A DNA stretch of 64,000 nt from a virus (IMGVR_UViG_3300027754_000085:989-64988), one strand, 5' to 3'; shown: positions 8,779 to 18,204, counted from the stretch's first letter. Numbers and translations: made by a program. Notes: generated by a model from the sequence alone, not told the origin.

Positions 8779-10968
8779 GTGCCAGATAAGAGTACCCGTG
8801 GCGTTAGTAACCTACCTGTTGCTATCCCTGATATTCCTGATGCACCTACAGTATCTGCTGTAAATGCGGGTACTAGTCGCGCCTATAATAATGGCGCAGC
8901 CACAGTAACTATTTCCAGTCCTACAGGTGGACTTCCCTCTTCTTACTCAATAGCAACAACCCCAATAACAAGTACTACTACAGCAACATCTAGCCCTGCA
9001 ACAATTACGGGCCTAGCAAGTGCTACCTCTTACACAACTACAGTAACTCCTACTAACGTATCTGCTACTGGATCTGCTACTACCTCTTCGGCTTTTACAG
9101 CAACTACTATTCCACAGGCGCCAACTATTGGTGCAACTACCGTTGCTACAGGTCAGGCATACTCTGGTTCTGCAAATGTATCTGTAGCCTTTACAGCAGG
9201 TGCTACTGGTGGTTCTGCAATAACTACCTACACTGCAACCTCATCCTCTGGTAATACTGCAACAGGAGCAACAAGTCCTATTTCTGTATCTGATACTGTT
9301 GCTGTTGCTCGTACTTACACTGTTACTGCAACTAATGCCAATGGTAATTCAGTTGCATCTGCCGCTTCTGCCTCTACTACTCCCTTATCTGTGCCACAGG
9401 CTCCTACTATTGGTACTCCAGTTGCTGGTACGGATGCTTCAACTCAAGTGAGCGTTCCATTTACTGCTGGCGCAACTGGTGGTTCTGCTATTACTGGTTA
9501 CACAGTTACATCTTCTCCAGGTTCGTTAACAGGAACTGGTGCATCTTCCCCCATTGTTGTTTCAGGATTAACTGCAGAAACTGCTTACACATTTACAATG
9601 ACTGCAACAAATGCTCAAGGCAATAGTGCAGCATCTAGTGCATCATCTTCTATAACTACCTCTAAACCTTTATATTGGTTAGAATTACTCTCTGGACTTG
9701 CTATATATGTAAACCCATATCCAATTGGAATTACTTCAGTAGGGACTACCACTTATACATTAAATCAGGACTGGCCTGGCGCAGGTGACCCAAATGCTAG
9801 AAACGGAATAATTAAAAGAGATACTTATAGCACCATATCTTTACAAAAAGCCCTTCGTAATAACGCAGCAGTTTATAGTCAAGTTTATGGAATAGCAGTT
9901 GATAGTTCTGGAAATATTTACACTGGTGGTGGCGGTAATGGTAGTCCTAAAAACGCATACTTAATGAAGACAGATTCATCAGGAGCAGTTACATGGGCGT
10001 ACTACACAAGCCCAGACCAAAGTTACAATTACAACTATACGTTAGCGTTAGATTCTTCTGCTGCAAATATACATGCTATTAGTTCGGCATACAAAGCGGC
10101 TAGTATTAGTTACGCACAAATTACAAAGTACAACTCTTCTGGAGTTAAGCAGTGGTCACGTAAACTAAGCAACAACCTTTCAATTACGTATCCACATGTG
10201 GACTTTAACGGTGGTTATGTAGACTCTTCTGGAAACGTTATAGGAGTAGGTCGTTACTATTTAAACGACTCATATCAACTAAATGTTATTTGGGTTAAGT
10301 ATAACTCTTCTGGAACTATTCAGTGGCAACGAGCAATGTCACCACCAAGCCTTATTAATTCTTATTACACTCAGGCTGTTGGAGATTCTTCTGGAAATAC
10401 TTACACGTCTTGGAGTGCTGGTGACTTTGGTTACTTATCAAAACATGACTCTTCAGGAACACTTCAATGGCAAAGAAAAGTAAGTATGACTGGTTCTGGT
10501 AATGCTGCTGGATTTGAAGGAATTGCAATGGACTCTTCAGGAAATCTCTATGTTTCTGGTTATGTTACAATTTCTTCACAGAAAAGCGTACTCCTTATAA
10601 AGTACAACTCTTCAGGAACACTGCAATGGCAAAATAAGTTTACAAGAAGTAGTGGAAACCTTTCACAAGCCAGCGGTCGTACACTCTTAACTGTTGATAC
10701 AAATAATGACATAACTGTTACCTCAGCATCTGGCGACACAAATGAAATTTATACCTTTAAAGTACCTACTGATGGAACAAAAACTGGAACAAAGACCCTT
10801 GGCGCTTACTCAATAACTTACGGAACAGCATCTACAACAGATGCTGCGGGTAACTATGGTACTGCTACTCCTACATTTACAGACAGTGCTGGAGATGGCG
10901 CAACTACCGCTATAACAGTTACATCAACTACAACTGCTTACACTTCAGCAAGTGTTGGCTTGAGTTAA
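8779..10968 (+). CDS. Fibronectin type III plus beta-propeller receptor-binding/fibre protein
   Basis: Three PxAPT...YTxTVTAxN FN3-like repeats; DSSGN/KYNSSGxxQW blade repeats. Confidence 0.75.
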   Translation: MPDKSTRGVSNLPVAIPDIPDAPTVSAVNAGTSRAYNNGAATVTISSPTGGLPSSYSIATTPITSTTTATSSPATITGLASATSYTTTVTPTNVSATGSATTSSAFTATTIPQAPTIGATTVATGQAYSGSANVSVAFTAGATGGSAITTYTATSSSGNTATGATSPISVSDTVAVARTYTVTATNANGNSVASAASASTTPLSVPQAPTIGTPVAGTDASTQVSVPFTAGATGGSAITGYTVTSSPGSLTGTGASSPIVVSGLTAETAYTFTMTATNAQGNSAASSASSSITTSKPLYWLELLSGLAIYVNPYPIGITSVGTTTYTLNQDWPGAGDPNARNGIIKRDTYSTISLQKALRNNAAVYSQVYGIAVDSSGNIYTGGGGNGSPKNAYLMKTDSSGAVTWAYYTSPDQSYNYNYTLALDSSAANIHAISSAYKAASISYAQITKYNSSGVKQWSRKLSNNLSITYPHVDFNGGYVDSSGNVIGVGRYYLNDSYQLNVIWVKYNSSGTIQWQRAMSPPSLINSYYTQAVGDSSGNTYTSWSAGDFGYLSKHDSSGTLQWQRKVSMTGSGNAAGFEGIAMDSSGNLYVSGYVTISSQKSVLLIKYNSSGTLQWQNKFTRSSGNLSQASGRTLLTVDTNNDITVTSASGDTNEIYTFKVPTDGTKTGTKTLGAYSITYGTASTTDAAGNYGTATPTFTDSAGDGATTAITVTSTTTAYTSASVGLS

Positions 10969-10981
10969 GGATGATGAAATT

Positions 10982-11284
10982 ATGATATATCTAAACACAG
11001 AGACTAATGAGTATCCTCGGCATGATGGAGACCTAGAGTTATTAGGTTGGTCAGTGGGAGAGCCTCTACCTGAAAACTGGGTTGTTGTTGAGTACACAGA
11101 GCCACCTGAAATTGATGAAGAGACTACCTATTGGGAAGTTCCACCAACTTTAGTAAATGGAGTATGGAAAATTACGTATGCTACTAGAGCGTTAACAGAG
11201 AAAGAACTTCTATGGAGACAGTATCCTCGTCCTAATGACGGTAAAACGTACATTTGGAATGAATCAAAGTTAAAGTGGGAATGA
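10982..11284 (+). CDS. Fibre assembly/partner protein
   Basis: Small acidic protein; P.LVNGVW and YPRPNDGKTYIWNE motifs; follows a fibre gene. Confidence 0.5.
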   Translation: MIYLNTETNEYPRHDGDLELLGWSVGEPLPENWVVVEYTEPPEIDEETTYWEVPPTLVNGVWKITYATRALTEKELLWRQYPRPNDGKTYIWNESKLKWE

Positions 11285-11289
11285 GTTAA

Positions 11290-12822
11290 ATGAGTATTCG
11301 TAACGCCAACGGAGAGTCAGTAGACGGTACAACAGGCAAGATTGCTGACCTTCCAAATGCTCCTACAATCGGTGCTGGTACCGATGTGGGTACTAGCCGT
11401 GCCTATAACAATGGCGCTGTCAGTGTTGCCTTTACACCAGATACAACTTATTGGGCGCCAACTTCTTACACCGCTACATCATCTCCTACTGGGTTGACTG
11501 GCACAGGATCTGCTTCTCCAGTTGTTGTTGCAGGACTTGCTAGTCAGACTGCTTATACCTTTACAGTAGTAGGAACTAACTCTGCTGGTAACTCTGTTGC
11601 CTCATCTGCCTCTGGATCTGTGACTGCTACAACTATTCCTGATGTACCAGTCATTACTGCAACTCCTACTATTGTCAGTACTACCTCTGTAACTATTCCA
11701 TTTACCATTAATACTGGCGGCAAAATAATTAGCGCTATCACTGCTGTGTCATCTCCATCAATAGCATTGACAGTAACTGGTACTACATCACCTGTGACAG
11801 TTACTGGAACTTTTGCAACAGGTCAGGCTTATACATTTACTATGACTGCTACAAGTGCAAACGGAACTTCTGCAGCATCTTCTGCAAGTAACTCTGTTAC
11901 TCCAAGCCCTTTTCCTACGGTTACTGGTGGAACACTTACCTCTGATGCAACTTATTACTACCGTACATTTACGGGTAATGGCACTCTTGGAGTTTCTGCT
12001 GCAACTTTATCTTGTGATTATTTAATAACTGCTGGAGGCGGTCCTGGTGGTACAAATCAAAGCAATGCTTCAACAGCAAGAGGAAGCGGCGGGGGTGGTG
12101 GCGCAGGCGGACTTGTGTACGCCTCTTCGCAATCCTTGGTTGTTGGCAATTACAATGCAGTTATTGGTGCTGGTGGTGTTGGCAACACAGAATCTGGACC
12201 CACGATTACATCTGGTAATTTAAGCAGTTTTAACTCAAGTAGTGCAACTGCTGGTGGTTACGGTGGTGGTGGTGGTGGTGCTGCTGCAACAGGTGGAAGT
12301 GGCGGTGCTAACAAAGCCTATTGGCAAACTTCTGGAAGTTATACATTTACTTCAGCAGGTGCAGAGGGAACTAGTGGACAAGGAAACGCTGGTGGTGGTG
12401 CTGGGTCGGCAACAGTAAACGCGCAAGCAAATGCAAGTGGTGGTGGTGGTGCTGGAGCGGTAGGTGGTACTGCAACATCTTCAAATGGTGGAGCAGGTGG
12501 GGCAGGCACATCTACTTACTCATCTTGGGGTGCTGCAACAAGCACAGGGCAAAATGTTGGTGGAACTTATTATTATGCAGGTGGCGGCGGTGGTGGTGCT
12601 GGATGGAGGGGAGCAACTTCAAGAACTTCAGGTGTTGGTGGTTCTGGCGGGGGTGGTGGTGGAGCAACTAACGCCAACGCAAGTGATGGAACTGTCAATA
12701 CAGGCGGGGGTGGTGGTGGTATCGGAGATAACGCAACTTATGCTAATGGAATTTATAAAAGTGGTAACGGTGGCTCAGGAATTGTAATAGTTCGTTATAC
12801 TAAAGCATCGGTAGGTGGATAA
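11290..12822 (+). CDS. FN3 plus glycine-rich adhesin protein
   Basis: GTSRAYNNGA N-terminus, two FN3-like repeats, Gly-rich domain ending GGSGIVIVRY. Confidence 0.7.
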   Translation: MSIRNANGESVDGTTGKIADLPNAPTIGAGTDVGTSRAYNNGAVSVAFTPDTTYWAPTSYTATSSPTGLTGTGSASPVVVAGLASQTAYTFTVVGTNSAGNSVASSASGSVTATTIPDVPVITATPTIVSTTSVTIPFTINTGGKIISAITAVSSPSIALTVTGTTSPVTVTGTFATGQAYTFTMTATSANGTSAASSASNSVTPSPFPTVTGGTLTSDATYYYRTFTGNGTLGVSAATLSCDYLITAGGGPGGTNQSNASTARGSGGGGGAGGLVYASSQSLVVGNYNAVIGAGGVGNTESGPTITSGNLSSFNSSSATAGGYGGGGGGAAATGGSGGANKAYWQTSGSYTFTSAGAEGTSGQGNAGGGAGSATVNAQANASGGGGAGAVGGTATSSNGGAGGAGTSTYSSWGAATSTGQNVGGTYYYAGGGGGGAGWRGATSRTSGVGGSGGGGGGATNANASDGTVNTGGGGGGIGDNATYANGIYKSGNGGSGIVIVRYTKASVGG

Positions 12823-13088
12823 TGGCACATTGGGCAGAAATAGATGAAAATAATATTGTTCTTCGTATAACTGTTGGAAGTAATGAAGACCCTGATGAAG
12901 GCTACCAATGGCTTATAGATAACCTTGGTGGAACTTGGATTAAAACTTCTTACAATAGAAACATACGTAAAAATTTTGCTGGTATTGGTTATACTTACGA
13001 TGAAGAGCGTGATGCTTTTATTCCACCAAAGCCAGAGGGCAACTATGAATTAGATGAAAAAACCTGCCAATGGGTAGAGGTTATCTAG
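12822..13088 (+). CDS. MAHWA-type small partner protein
   Basis: MAHWA...WIKTSYN..IRKNFAGIGYTYD. Confidence 0.6.
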   Translation: MAHWAEIDENNIVLRITVGSNEDPDEGYQWLIDNLGGTWIKTSYNRNIRKNFAGIGYTYDEERDAFIPPKPEGNYELDEKTCQWVEVI

Positions 13089-13621
13089 TGCGTGGAACTA
13101 AAGTACAAGGACGATTCAAAATTGACTTTGAAAACAAGTCTATCAATGAAGGCATTGTCGATGAACTCCGTGAACCTGTAGGTACAGAGGTTGACTGGTG
13201 GTCTTGGGACGATGCCGCTTTGGCTGCAGATTATGAGAACTGGGTAGATCCAATTTACGATGTCTCTAATCAAGAAGATGGCAAAGGCCGTCGTTGGAAC
13301 GACCCATTCAAGATGCCCGTTGTACTGGCGGTAATACTTCGTGGTACTAACATCATGAATGAGCGTGGTTTTTACACCGTTGATACTTTGCGCCTAGTAA
13401 TTGCTGTTGCAGATGCTCAGCGCCTAATTCCTTCTATGCTCACAGATCCTAACCCTAATATTCAAGATCGAATTGTCTATCAGAATGGTGTCTTTGTTCC
13501 TACCAGAGTTTTACCTCGTGGTCACTATGCGGAAAATTATGCAGTTGTTACAATTGACTGTAACCAAGTGAACCCTGAAGAATTGGTTAATGATCCTCAG
13601 TTCCAGGCTTACGCACTCTAA
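13088..13621 (+). CDS. Putative head closure/neck protein
   Basis: Position in the morphogenesis block; DRIVYQNGVF beta motif; GTG start overlapping the upstream stop. Confidence 0.4.
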   Translation: MRGTKVQGRFKIDFENKSINEGIVDELREPVGTEVDWWSWDDAALAADYENWVDPIYDVSNQEDGKGRRWNDPFKMPVVLAVILRGTNIMNERGFYTVDTLRLVIAVADAQRLIPSMLTDPNPNIQDRIVYQNGVFVPTRVLPRGHYAENYAVVTIDCNQVNPEELVNDPQFQAYAL

Positions 13622-13629
13622 GGAGAGAA

Positions 13630-13788
13630 ATGGCTAAGAAGGCAAGCAAGGGCAAAGTAGAGAAAGTCATGAAGGAATATGCTGCTGGAAAACTTCATAG
13701 CGGATCTAAAAAGGGTCCTGTAGTTAAATCAAAGAAGCAGGCCATTGCTATCGGTCTCTCTGAACAACGTAAGAAGGATAAAAAATAA
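13630..13788 (+). CDS. Small basic protein (DUF6496-like), absent from ORF track
   Basis: Manual translation MAKKASKGKVEKVMKEYAAGKLHSGSKKGPVVKSKKQAIAIGLSEQRKKDKK; AGGAG SD. Confidence 0.75.
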   Translation: MAKKASKGKVEKVMKEYAAGKLHSGSKKGPVVKSKKQAIAIGLSEQRKKDKK

Positions 13789-13910
13789 TGGTTAAAGAAT
13801 CCGCAAATAGGACCGTCACCTGTGACATCTGCAAGAAGAGCGTGCCTGTAAAATCAAGCATGGCTAATGTAACTCTTACGGCTCACAAAAAGAAGGAACA
13901 CAAGAAGTGA
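13788..13910 (+). CDS. 40-aa C2H2 zinc-finger-like peptide, absent from ORF track
   Basis: CDIC...HKKKEH; TAATG and GTGA overlaps with neighbouring genes. Confidence 0.6.
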   Translation: MVKESANRTVTCDICKKSVPVKSSMANVTLTAHKKKEHKK

Positions 13911-14110
13911 AGAAGCCAGAACCTTTAAAGGCTAAAAAACATAGACGTAATATTGGTGCTACTGCTGGAAAGAATCCTGGAAAGAATGTTCGTACCGCAC
14001 TGACTGAGAGCAAGTACGACACAGGCGGACAAGGTATGAAGCGCAGAAAGGGTTCAATCATTCGTAGACCAAAGGCAACCATTCGTTACCCGCATAAGAA
14101 GAGTGACTGA
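13907..14110 (+). CDS. Small Lys/Arg-rich protein
   Basis: Translationally coupled on both sides; highly basic. Confidence 0.6.
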   Translation: MKKPEPLKAKKHRRNIGATAGKNPGKNVRTALTESKYDTGGQGMKRRKGSIIRRPKATIRYPHKKSD

Positions 14111-14298
14111 TGCCAGAGACAAAATTAAAACCAGCACCAGTTAAATACCCAGATGGAGGAGGACTAGCATCAATGGCAACTCAACCAAAAGAATCTCATA
14201 AGTTAGAGGTCGAGGCTATGGAGGCCAAGCACAAGGCTGAACTAGCAAAGTTAAAAGAGAGGCACGCCAAAGTCAATAACCCAAAGGCGGCAAAGTAA
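14110..14298 (+). CDS. Small basic protein
   Basis: TGATG and TAATG coupling. Confidence 0.6.
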   Translation: MPETKLKPAPVKYPDGGGLASMATQPKESHKLEVEAMEAKHKAELAKLKERHAKVNNPKAAK

Positions 14299-14486
14299 TG
14301 GCTAAAACCATAAAGGTTGCTGGTGAGAAACACACTATTAAAAAGAACAAGAGGGGCGAGGTCATTGTTGATCATGCTGGTAACAAGGGCAAGTACGACA
14401 AGATCAACCTGACAAAGAAGGCTGGCTCTAAGACCATTGCTCAAGGAGTAAAGGCAACTAAAGATTGGCATAAAAATAATGGCTAA
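14298..14486 (+). CDS. Small basic protein
   Basis: Coupled ORF, Lys-rich. Confidence 0.6.
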   Translation: MAKTIKVAGEKHTIKKNKRGEVIVDHAGNKGKYDKINLTKKAGSKTIAQGVKATKDWHKNNG

Positions 14487-14748
14487 GACTGAGGCATGGA
14501 CACGCTCTGAGGGCAAAAATAAAAAGGGTGGACTCAACGAAAAGGGACGCAAGTCTTACGAGAAGGCGCACCCTGGTTCAGATTTAAAACCTCCAGTTAA
14601 GAAAGAGCAAGCGGCTAAATCTGAAAAGTCTGCTGCTCGACGTAAATCTTATTGTGCACGTTCTGCTGGGCAAGCAAAGAAATTTCCTAAAGCGGCTAAA
14701 GATCCAGATAGTCGTTTAAATAAAGCAAGAAGGGCATGGGATTGCTAA
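14479..14748 (+). CDS. Basic protein (DUF6321-like)
   Basis: AWTRSEGKNKKGGLNEKGRKSY...RRKSYCAR...DPDSRLNKARRAWDC. Confidence 0.7.
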   Translation: MAKTEAWTRSEGKNKKGGLNEKGRKSYEKAHPGSDLKPPVKKEQAAKSEKSAARRKSYCARSAGQAKKFPKAAKDPDSRLNKARRAWDC

Positions 14749-14885
14749 TGGCTAAGAAGACAGATCCTTGCTGGGATGGTTACACTCAAGTAGGTATGAA
14801 GATGAAGAATGGCAAGAAAGTTCCAAACTGCGTTCCTGCTAAGGGCGTTGCTAAATCAAAACCTAAGAAGAAAGCGAGCAAGTAA
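14748..14885 (+). CDS. Small basic protein with CWDGY...VPNCVP motif, absent from ORF track
   Basis: Manual translation MAKKTDPCWDGYTQVGMKMKNGKKVPNCVPAKGVAKSKPKKKASK. Confidence 0.7.
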   Translation: MAKKTDPCWDGYTQVGMKMKNGKKVPNCVPAKGVAKSKPKKKASK

Positions 14886-15053
14886 ATGTGTAAAGGTTGT
14901 GGATGTGGTTGTTCAACTGCAGGATGTAAAGGCGCCTGCAAAAAAGGCTCTAAGAAGTTATCCTCAAAACAAAAGAAGATTGCTAGCGCTGCTGCACCAG
15001 CAGACAAGATTACTGGCGCAGACTTCAAGGCTCTAAAGAAGGGCAAGAAGTAG
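14886..15053 (+). CDS. Cys-rich (metallothionein-like N-terminus) basic protein, absent from ORF track
   Basis: MCKGCGCGCSTAGCKGACKK...KITGADFKALKK. Confidence 0.65.
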   Translation: MCKGCGCGCSTAGCKGACKKGSKKLSSKQKKIASAAAPADKITGADFKALKKGKK

Positions 15054-15196
15054 TGTGCTCTACCTGTGGTTGTGGTAAGCCAAAGGACAAGCACGGAATG
15101 AATACCTTGGCTGCGGCCAATAAGAAGTTCAATAAAAAGTCTGATGCAAAAAGCAAGGCAAAGAAACCAATGCTTGTAAGAAAGAAGGGCATGTAA
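15053..15196 (+). CDS. Small basic protein with N-terminal CxxCGC motif, absent from ORF track
   Basis: GTG start; MCSTCGCGKPKDKHG...; coupled on both sides. Confidence 0.6.
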   Translation: MCSTCGCGKPKDKHGMNTLAAANKKFNKKSDAKSKAKKPMLVRKKGM

Positions 15197-15363
15197 TGAA
15201 GTACAACGATGCCAAGCAAGATGCAAGGGTCATGAAAGGTATGACCCCAGAAGAAAAGAATAAGTTTAAGAAGGCTGATAAGGCTATGGATAAGAAGAAG
15301 CCATCTCGAACAGAAGATGAGAAGATGGATAAGGCGTTAGCCAAAAAGGTTAAAAAGAAGTAA
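15196..15363 (+). CDS. Small charged helical protein, absent from ORF track
   Basis: MKYNDAKQDARVMKGM...KKVKKK; TAATG coupling. Confidence 0.6.
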   Translation: MKYNDAKQDARVMKGMTPEEKNKFKKADKAMDKKKPSRTEDEKMDKALAKKVKKK

Positions 15364-15370
15364 GAGTTAG

Positions 15371-15396
15371 AGCCACCTGCGGGTGGCTTTTTCTTT
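15371..15396 (+). terminator. Rho-independent terminator
   Basis: AGCCACC-tgcg-GGTGGCT followed by TTTTCTTT. Confidence 0.8.
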
Positions 15397-15405
15397 ATCC
15401 TTAGA
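15394..15405 (+). promoter_or_regulatory. Putative promoter -10 (TATCCT) within TTTATCCTTAGA
   Basis: Identical 12-mer at 46998-47009; both copies are intergenic and upstream of operons. Confidence 0.45.
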
Positions 15406-15468
15406 GCATCAGAACACCGCTGCGGTGCCTGACTACAGTTCCCGCTGGTTGCGATTTAAGGGGTTTAT

Positions 15469-15663
15469 ATGGCATGGAAGCCGTGGTATCAAGAAGTTGC
15501 TGAGATGAACAATCAGCACGAACGTGAAGCCTTCATTCAGGGCGTGTTCGGATTCCGCCCTAAAGAAAAACGTCCAATCGTCGCAGGCCTTATCATGGGT
15601 ACTACCGCTGCATACTTAGCAGGAGCAGCAGTCGTTGCGTCGAAGGCGAAGAAAAAGAAGTGA
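15469..15663 (+). CDS. Small protein with hydrophobic C-terminal segment
   Basis: AAGGGG SD; IVAGLIMGTTAAYLAGAAVVA. Confidence 0.5.
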   Translation: MAWKPWYQEVAEMNNQHEREAFIQGVFGFRPKEKRPIVAGLIMGTTAAYLAGAAVVASKAKKKK

Positions 15664-15980
15664 CATACCTTTCAAAAGTAAAAGAGTCACTACATAAAGC
15701 CAGCATTGAAACCACACGGATGATGTCTGCTCAAGTTCGTTCAGAAGCCCGTGCATCTGGTTGGCCATCTCATATTGTAAGAACACTCCACATCTCTCAT
15801 AACGATGGAGCATTTACTGTTCATTCTCATGAGAAGCATCGTGCTGAGGCATTAAATTTAGAGTACGGAACTCCTGGAACTCAACCAACAGCGGCCATTC
15901 GTCGCTTTGCAAATCGCACATCTGAATCTGAAAAGTTTCTTCTTGGACGTACTATGAAGCACTTAGGGAATTCACAATGA
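15660..15980 (+). CDS. Putative tail completion/neck component (HK97 gp10-like)
   Basis: ALNLEYGT...P..AIR motif; position before the tail terminator. Confidence 0.5.
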   Translation: MTYLSKVKESLHKASIETTRMMSAQVRSEARASGWPSHIVRTLHISHNDGAFTVHSHEKHRAEALNLEYGTPGTQPTAAIRRFANRTSESEKFLLGRTMKHLGNSQ

Positions 15981-16672
15981 GTTTCTTATTAGACGAAGAT
16001 GAAGCCCTACGAAACCTTTTAAAGGATATGACTGTCACTGACCAGAAGTCAGTTACTGAGGAAGGGGCAACCCGCAATGTTGGAGTTTGGTTTGGTCAAC
16101 CTGATCAGGAAATTCGTAATCAGAGTTACCCATACATAACAATTGATATGATCGATCTGTCAGAAGACATTCAACGTGCAATGCGTGGTCGTGTAAAACC
16201 TTCATACCTAACTAATCCAACAGACCAAGTAGAAGGAACTCAAAGTGTTCAAGGCGTATCTTATGATGATGAGATCCATGACTGGGATATTAACTATCCA
16301 ATTCCAGTAAACATTGATTACCAGATCACAACTTACGCTCGTCAGCCACGTCATGATCGCCAGATTCTGGCGCAACTTCTATACACAAAGATTCCATTAC
16401 GATTTGCAGTTCTAAACACTGGTCCAAATACCAGTGCTGGGACTACACGTCGTCTGGATGTTCTTGACATCTCTAAGCGAGATATCACAGAACAAGGAAA
16501 GCGTTTATTCGTAAACGCAATAACGGTGCGTATCTCTAGTGAGATAGCGCCTGAAACATACAACCAACTCTATAAGACTCTTGAACTAAACGTCACAGGC
16601 ACAACTGGCACCCAAGTAATTGGTCGTGGTCAGTTCACTACCATCGATACGTACACTCAATCGGCACCATAA
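15977..16672 (+). CDS. Tail terminator/completion protein
   Basis: YPYITID and PIPVNIDYQITTY motifs; immediately upstream of sheath. Confidence 0.55.
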   Translation: MSFLLDEDEALRNLLKDMTVTDQKSVTEEGATRNVGVWFGQPDQEIRNQSYPYITIDMIDLSEDIQRAMRGRVKPSYLTNPTDQVEGTQSVQGVSYDDEIHDWDINYPIPVNIDYQITTYARQPRHDRQILAQLLYTKIPLRFAVLNTGPNTSAGTTRRLDVLDISKRDITEQGKRLFVNAITVRISSEIAPETYNQLYKTLELNVTGTTGTQVIGRGQFTTIDTYTQSAP

Positions 16673-16704
16673 GGTACCCCCTACCCAACTAGCAAGGAGA
16701 AAAA

Positions 16705-18204
16705 ATGGCCTATAGCCGTCCAGGTATTTACATCAGTGAACGCCTACTACCAGCCCCGCTTCCAGCGGGTGTTTCCGCAAATGCTGCTGGTGCCGTTGTT
16801 GCACCTTTTGCACAAGGACCAGAAGCAGTAACTCTTGTCACCTCTTGGTATGAATTTACTAAGAACTTTGGAGGCTACAACGCCTCTTACCCAGCCACCT
16901 TTCAAGTTGGCGCATTCTTCCAGAATGGTGGACGTGAACTTTACGTTCAACGTGTACTAGCATCAAATGCTGCTGCGGCAGAAATTGATATTCTTACATC
17001 AGCAGAAGCAACTGTTGCAGTTGTTACCTCAAAGAATGCTGGAACAGACGGAAACAACCTTCGTGTTGTTATCACCGATGGTTCAGTAGAAGATACCTAC
17101 ACACTAACTCTTTACAAAGAATCTGGTGTTTCTGGAGACATCACTGATGACGTTCTTCTTGAGCGCTATGAAAACGTAGTGTTTGATGATGACACATCAA
17201 GTGACTACGCAGAGACAGTAATTAACCTAGTCTCACCAAATATTGAAATCAGTGCTTCTGCTGGTGGAACCCCAGTATCAACCACTTACCCACTAACAGG
17301 TGGAACTAATGGAACTGCAGTTGCATCTACTGACTACACAGCATACAAGGCTGGCAGTTCAGTATTTGAGCGCTTCACTTCATTGGATCGTCCACTAGTA
17401 GTGTTCCTTCCAGCAGTAAATGCTCTAGCCTCTGGCTCTGTTAGCGTGTTTGACGACGCAACATCTTGGGCAGAAGCCAATAACGGATTTGTAGTTATTG
17501 ATACTGATCCAGACCTTACAGTTGCAAACGCTGTTACTTTTGCAGGAAGTCTTGCAGATACAAGCAACGCTGCTGTCTACTATCCAAACGTGTACATTGC
17601 AGATCCACTAGGACGTGGAACTGGCGCACTTCGCAAGATTGGACCAGCAGGTTCTGTGGTCGGTCTTTACTTAGCAACTGATGCAAGCCGTGGTGTGTTC
17701 AAAGCACCTGCAGGTATCACAGCACCTGTTCAAGGAATTGTTGCCGTAGAGAAGTCATTCTCTTCAACAGAACTTGACACAATGAATGCAAGTACATCTC
17801 CTGTAAACCCAATCCGTCAGATTCCTGGCGCTGGTCTTTCAGTTATGGGTGCTCGTACCCTTAAGCAAGATGGAACTGCAAACAAGTACGTGAACATGCG
17901 TCGTTCTTTAATCTACATCAATAAGAACCTACGTAACCTTACACAATTTGCTATCTTTGAAAACAATGATGAGCGCTTGTGGGCACGTATCAATACTTCA
18001 ATTGGCTCATTCTTAAATGAGTACCGAAATCAAGGCGGTCTTCGTGGCGCAACTGCGGCACAGGCTTACTTTGTAAAGTGCGACGCAGAGAATAACTCAG
18101 CAGCACAAATTGCAAATGGCGAAGTACACATCCAAGTTGGTGTGGCTCTTCAATATCCAGCAGAGTTCATCGTCATCGACCTCAGCCAAAAGACGCTGAA
18201 CTAA
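16705..18204 (+). CDS. Contractile tail sheath protein
   Basis: RPGIY, FFQNGG, RGVFKAPAG, GARTL, YVNMRR and PAEFI motifs. Confidence 0.95.
   Translation: MAYSRPGIYISERLLPAPLPAGVSANAAGAVVAPFAQGPEAVTLVTSWYEFTKNFGGYNASYPATFQVGAFFQNGGRELYVQRVLASNAAAAEIDILTSAEATVAVVTSKNAGTDGNNLRVVITDGSVEDTYTLTLYKESGVSGDITDDVLLERYENVVFDDDTSSDYAETVINLVSPNIEISASAGGTPVSTTYPLTGGTNGTAVASTDYTAYKAGSSVFERFTSLDRPLVVFLPAVNALASGSVSVFDDATSWAEANNGFVVIDTDPDLTVANAVTFAGSLADTSNAAVYYPNVYIADPLGRGTGALRKIGPAGSVVGLYLATDASRGVFKAPAGITAPVQGIVAVEKSFSSTELDTMNASTSPVNPIRQIPGAGLSVMGARTLKQDGTANKYVNMRRSLIYINKNLRNLTQFAIFENNDERLWARINTSIGSFLNEYRNQGGLRGATAAQAYFVKCDAENNSAAQIANGEVHIQVGVALQYPAEFIVIDLSQKTLN

Noticed and set aside
8779-12822. Diversity-generating retroelement acting on the fibre genes
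   Set aside because: No reverse transcriptase and no template/variable repeat pair differing at adenines seen
14786-15344. Minus-strand ORFs over the basic-protein array
   Set aside because: Better explained by the coupled plus-strand micro-ORFs
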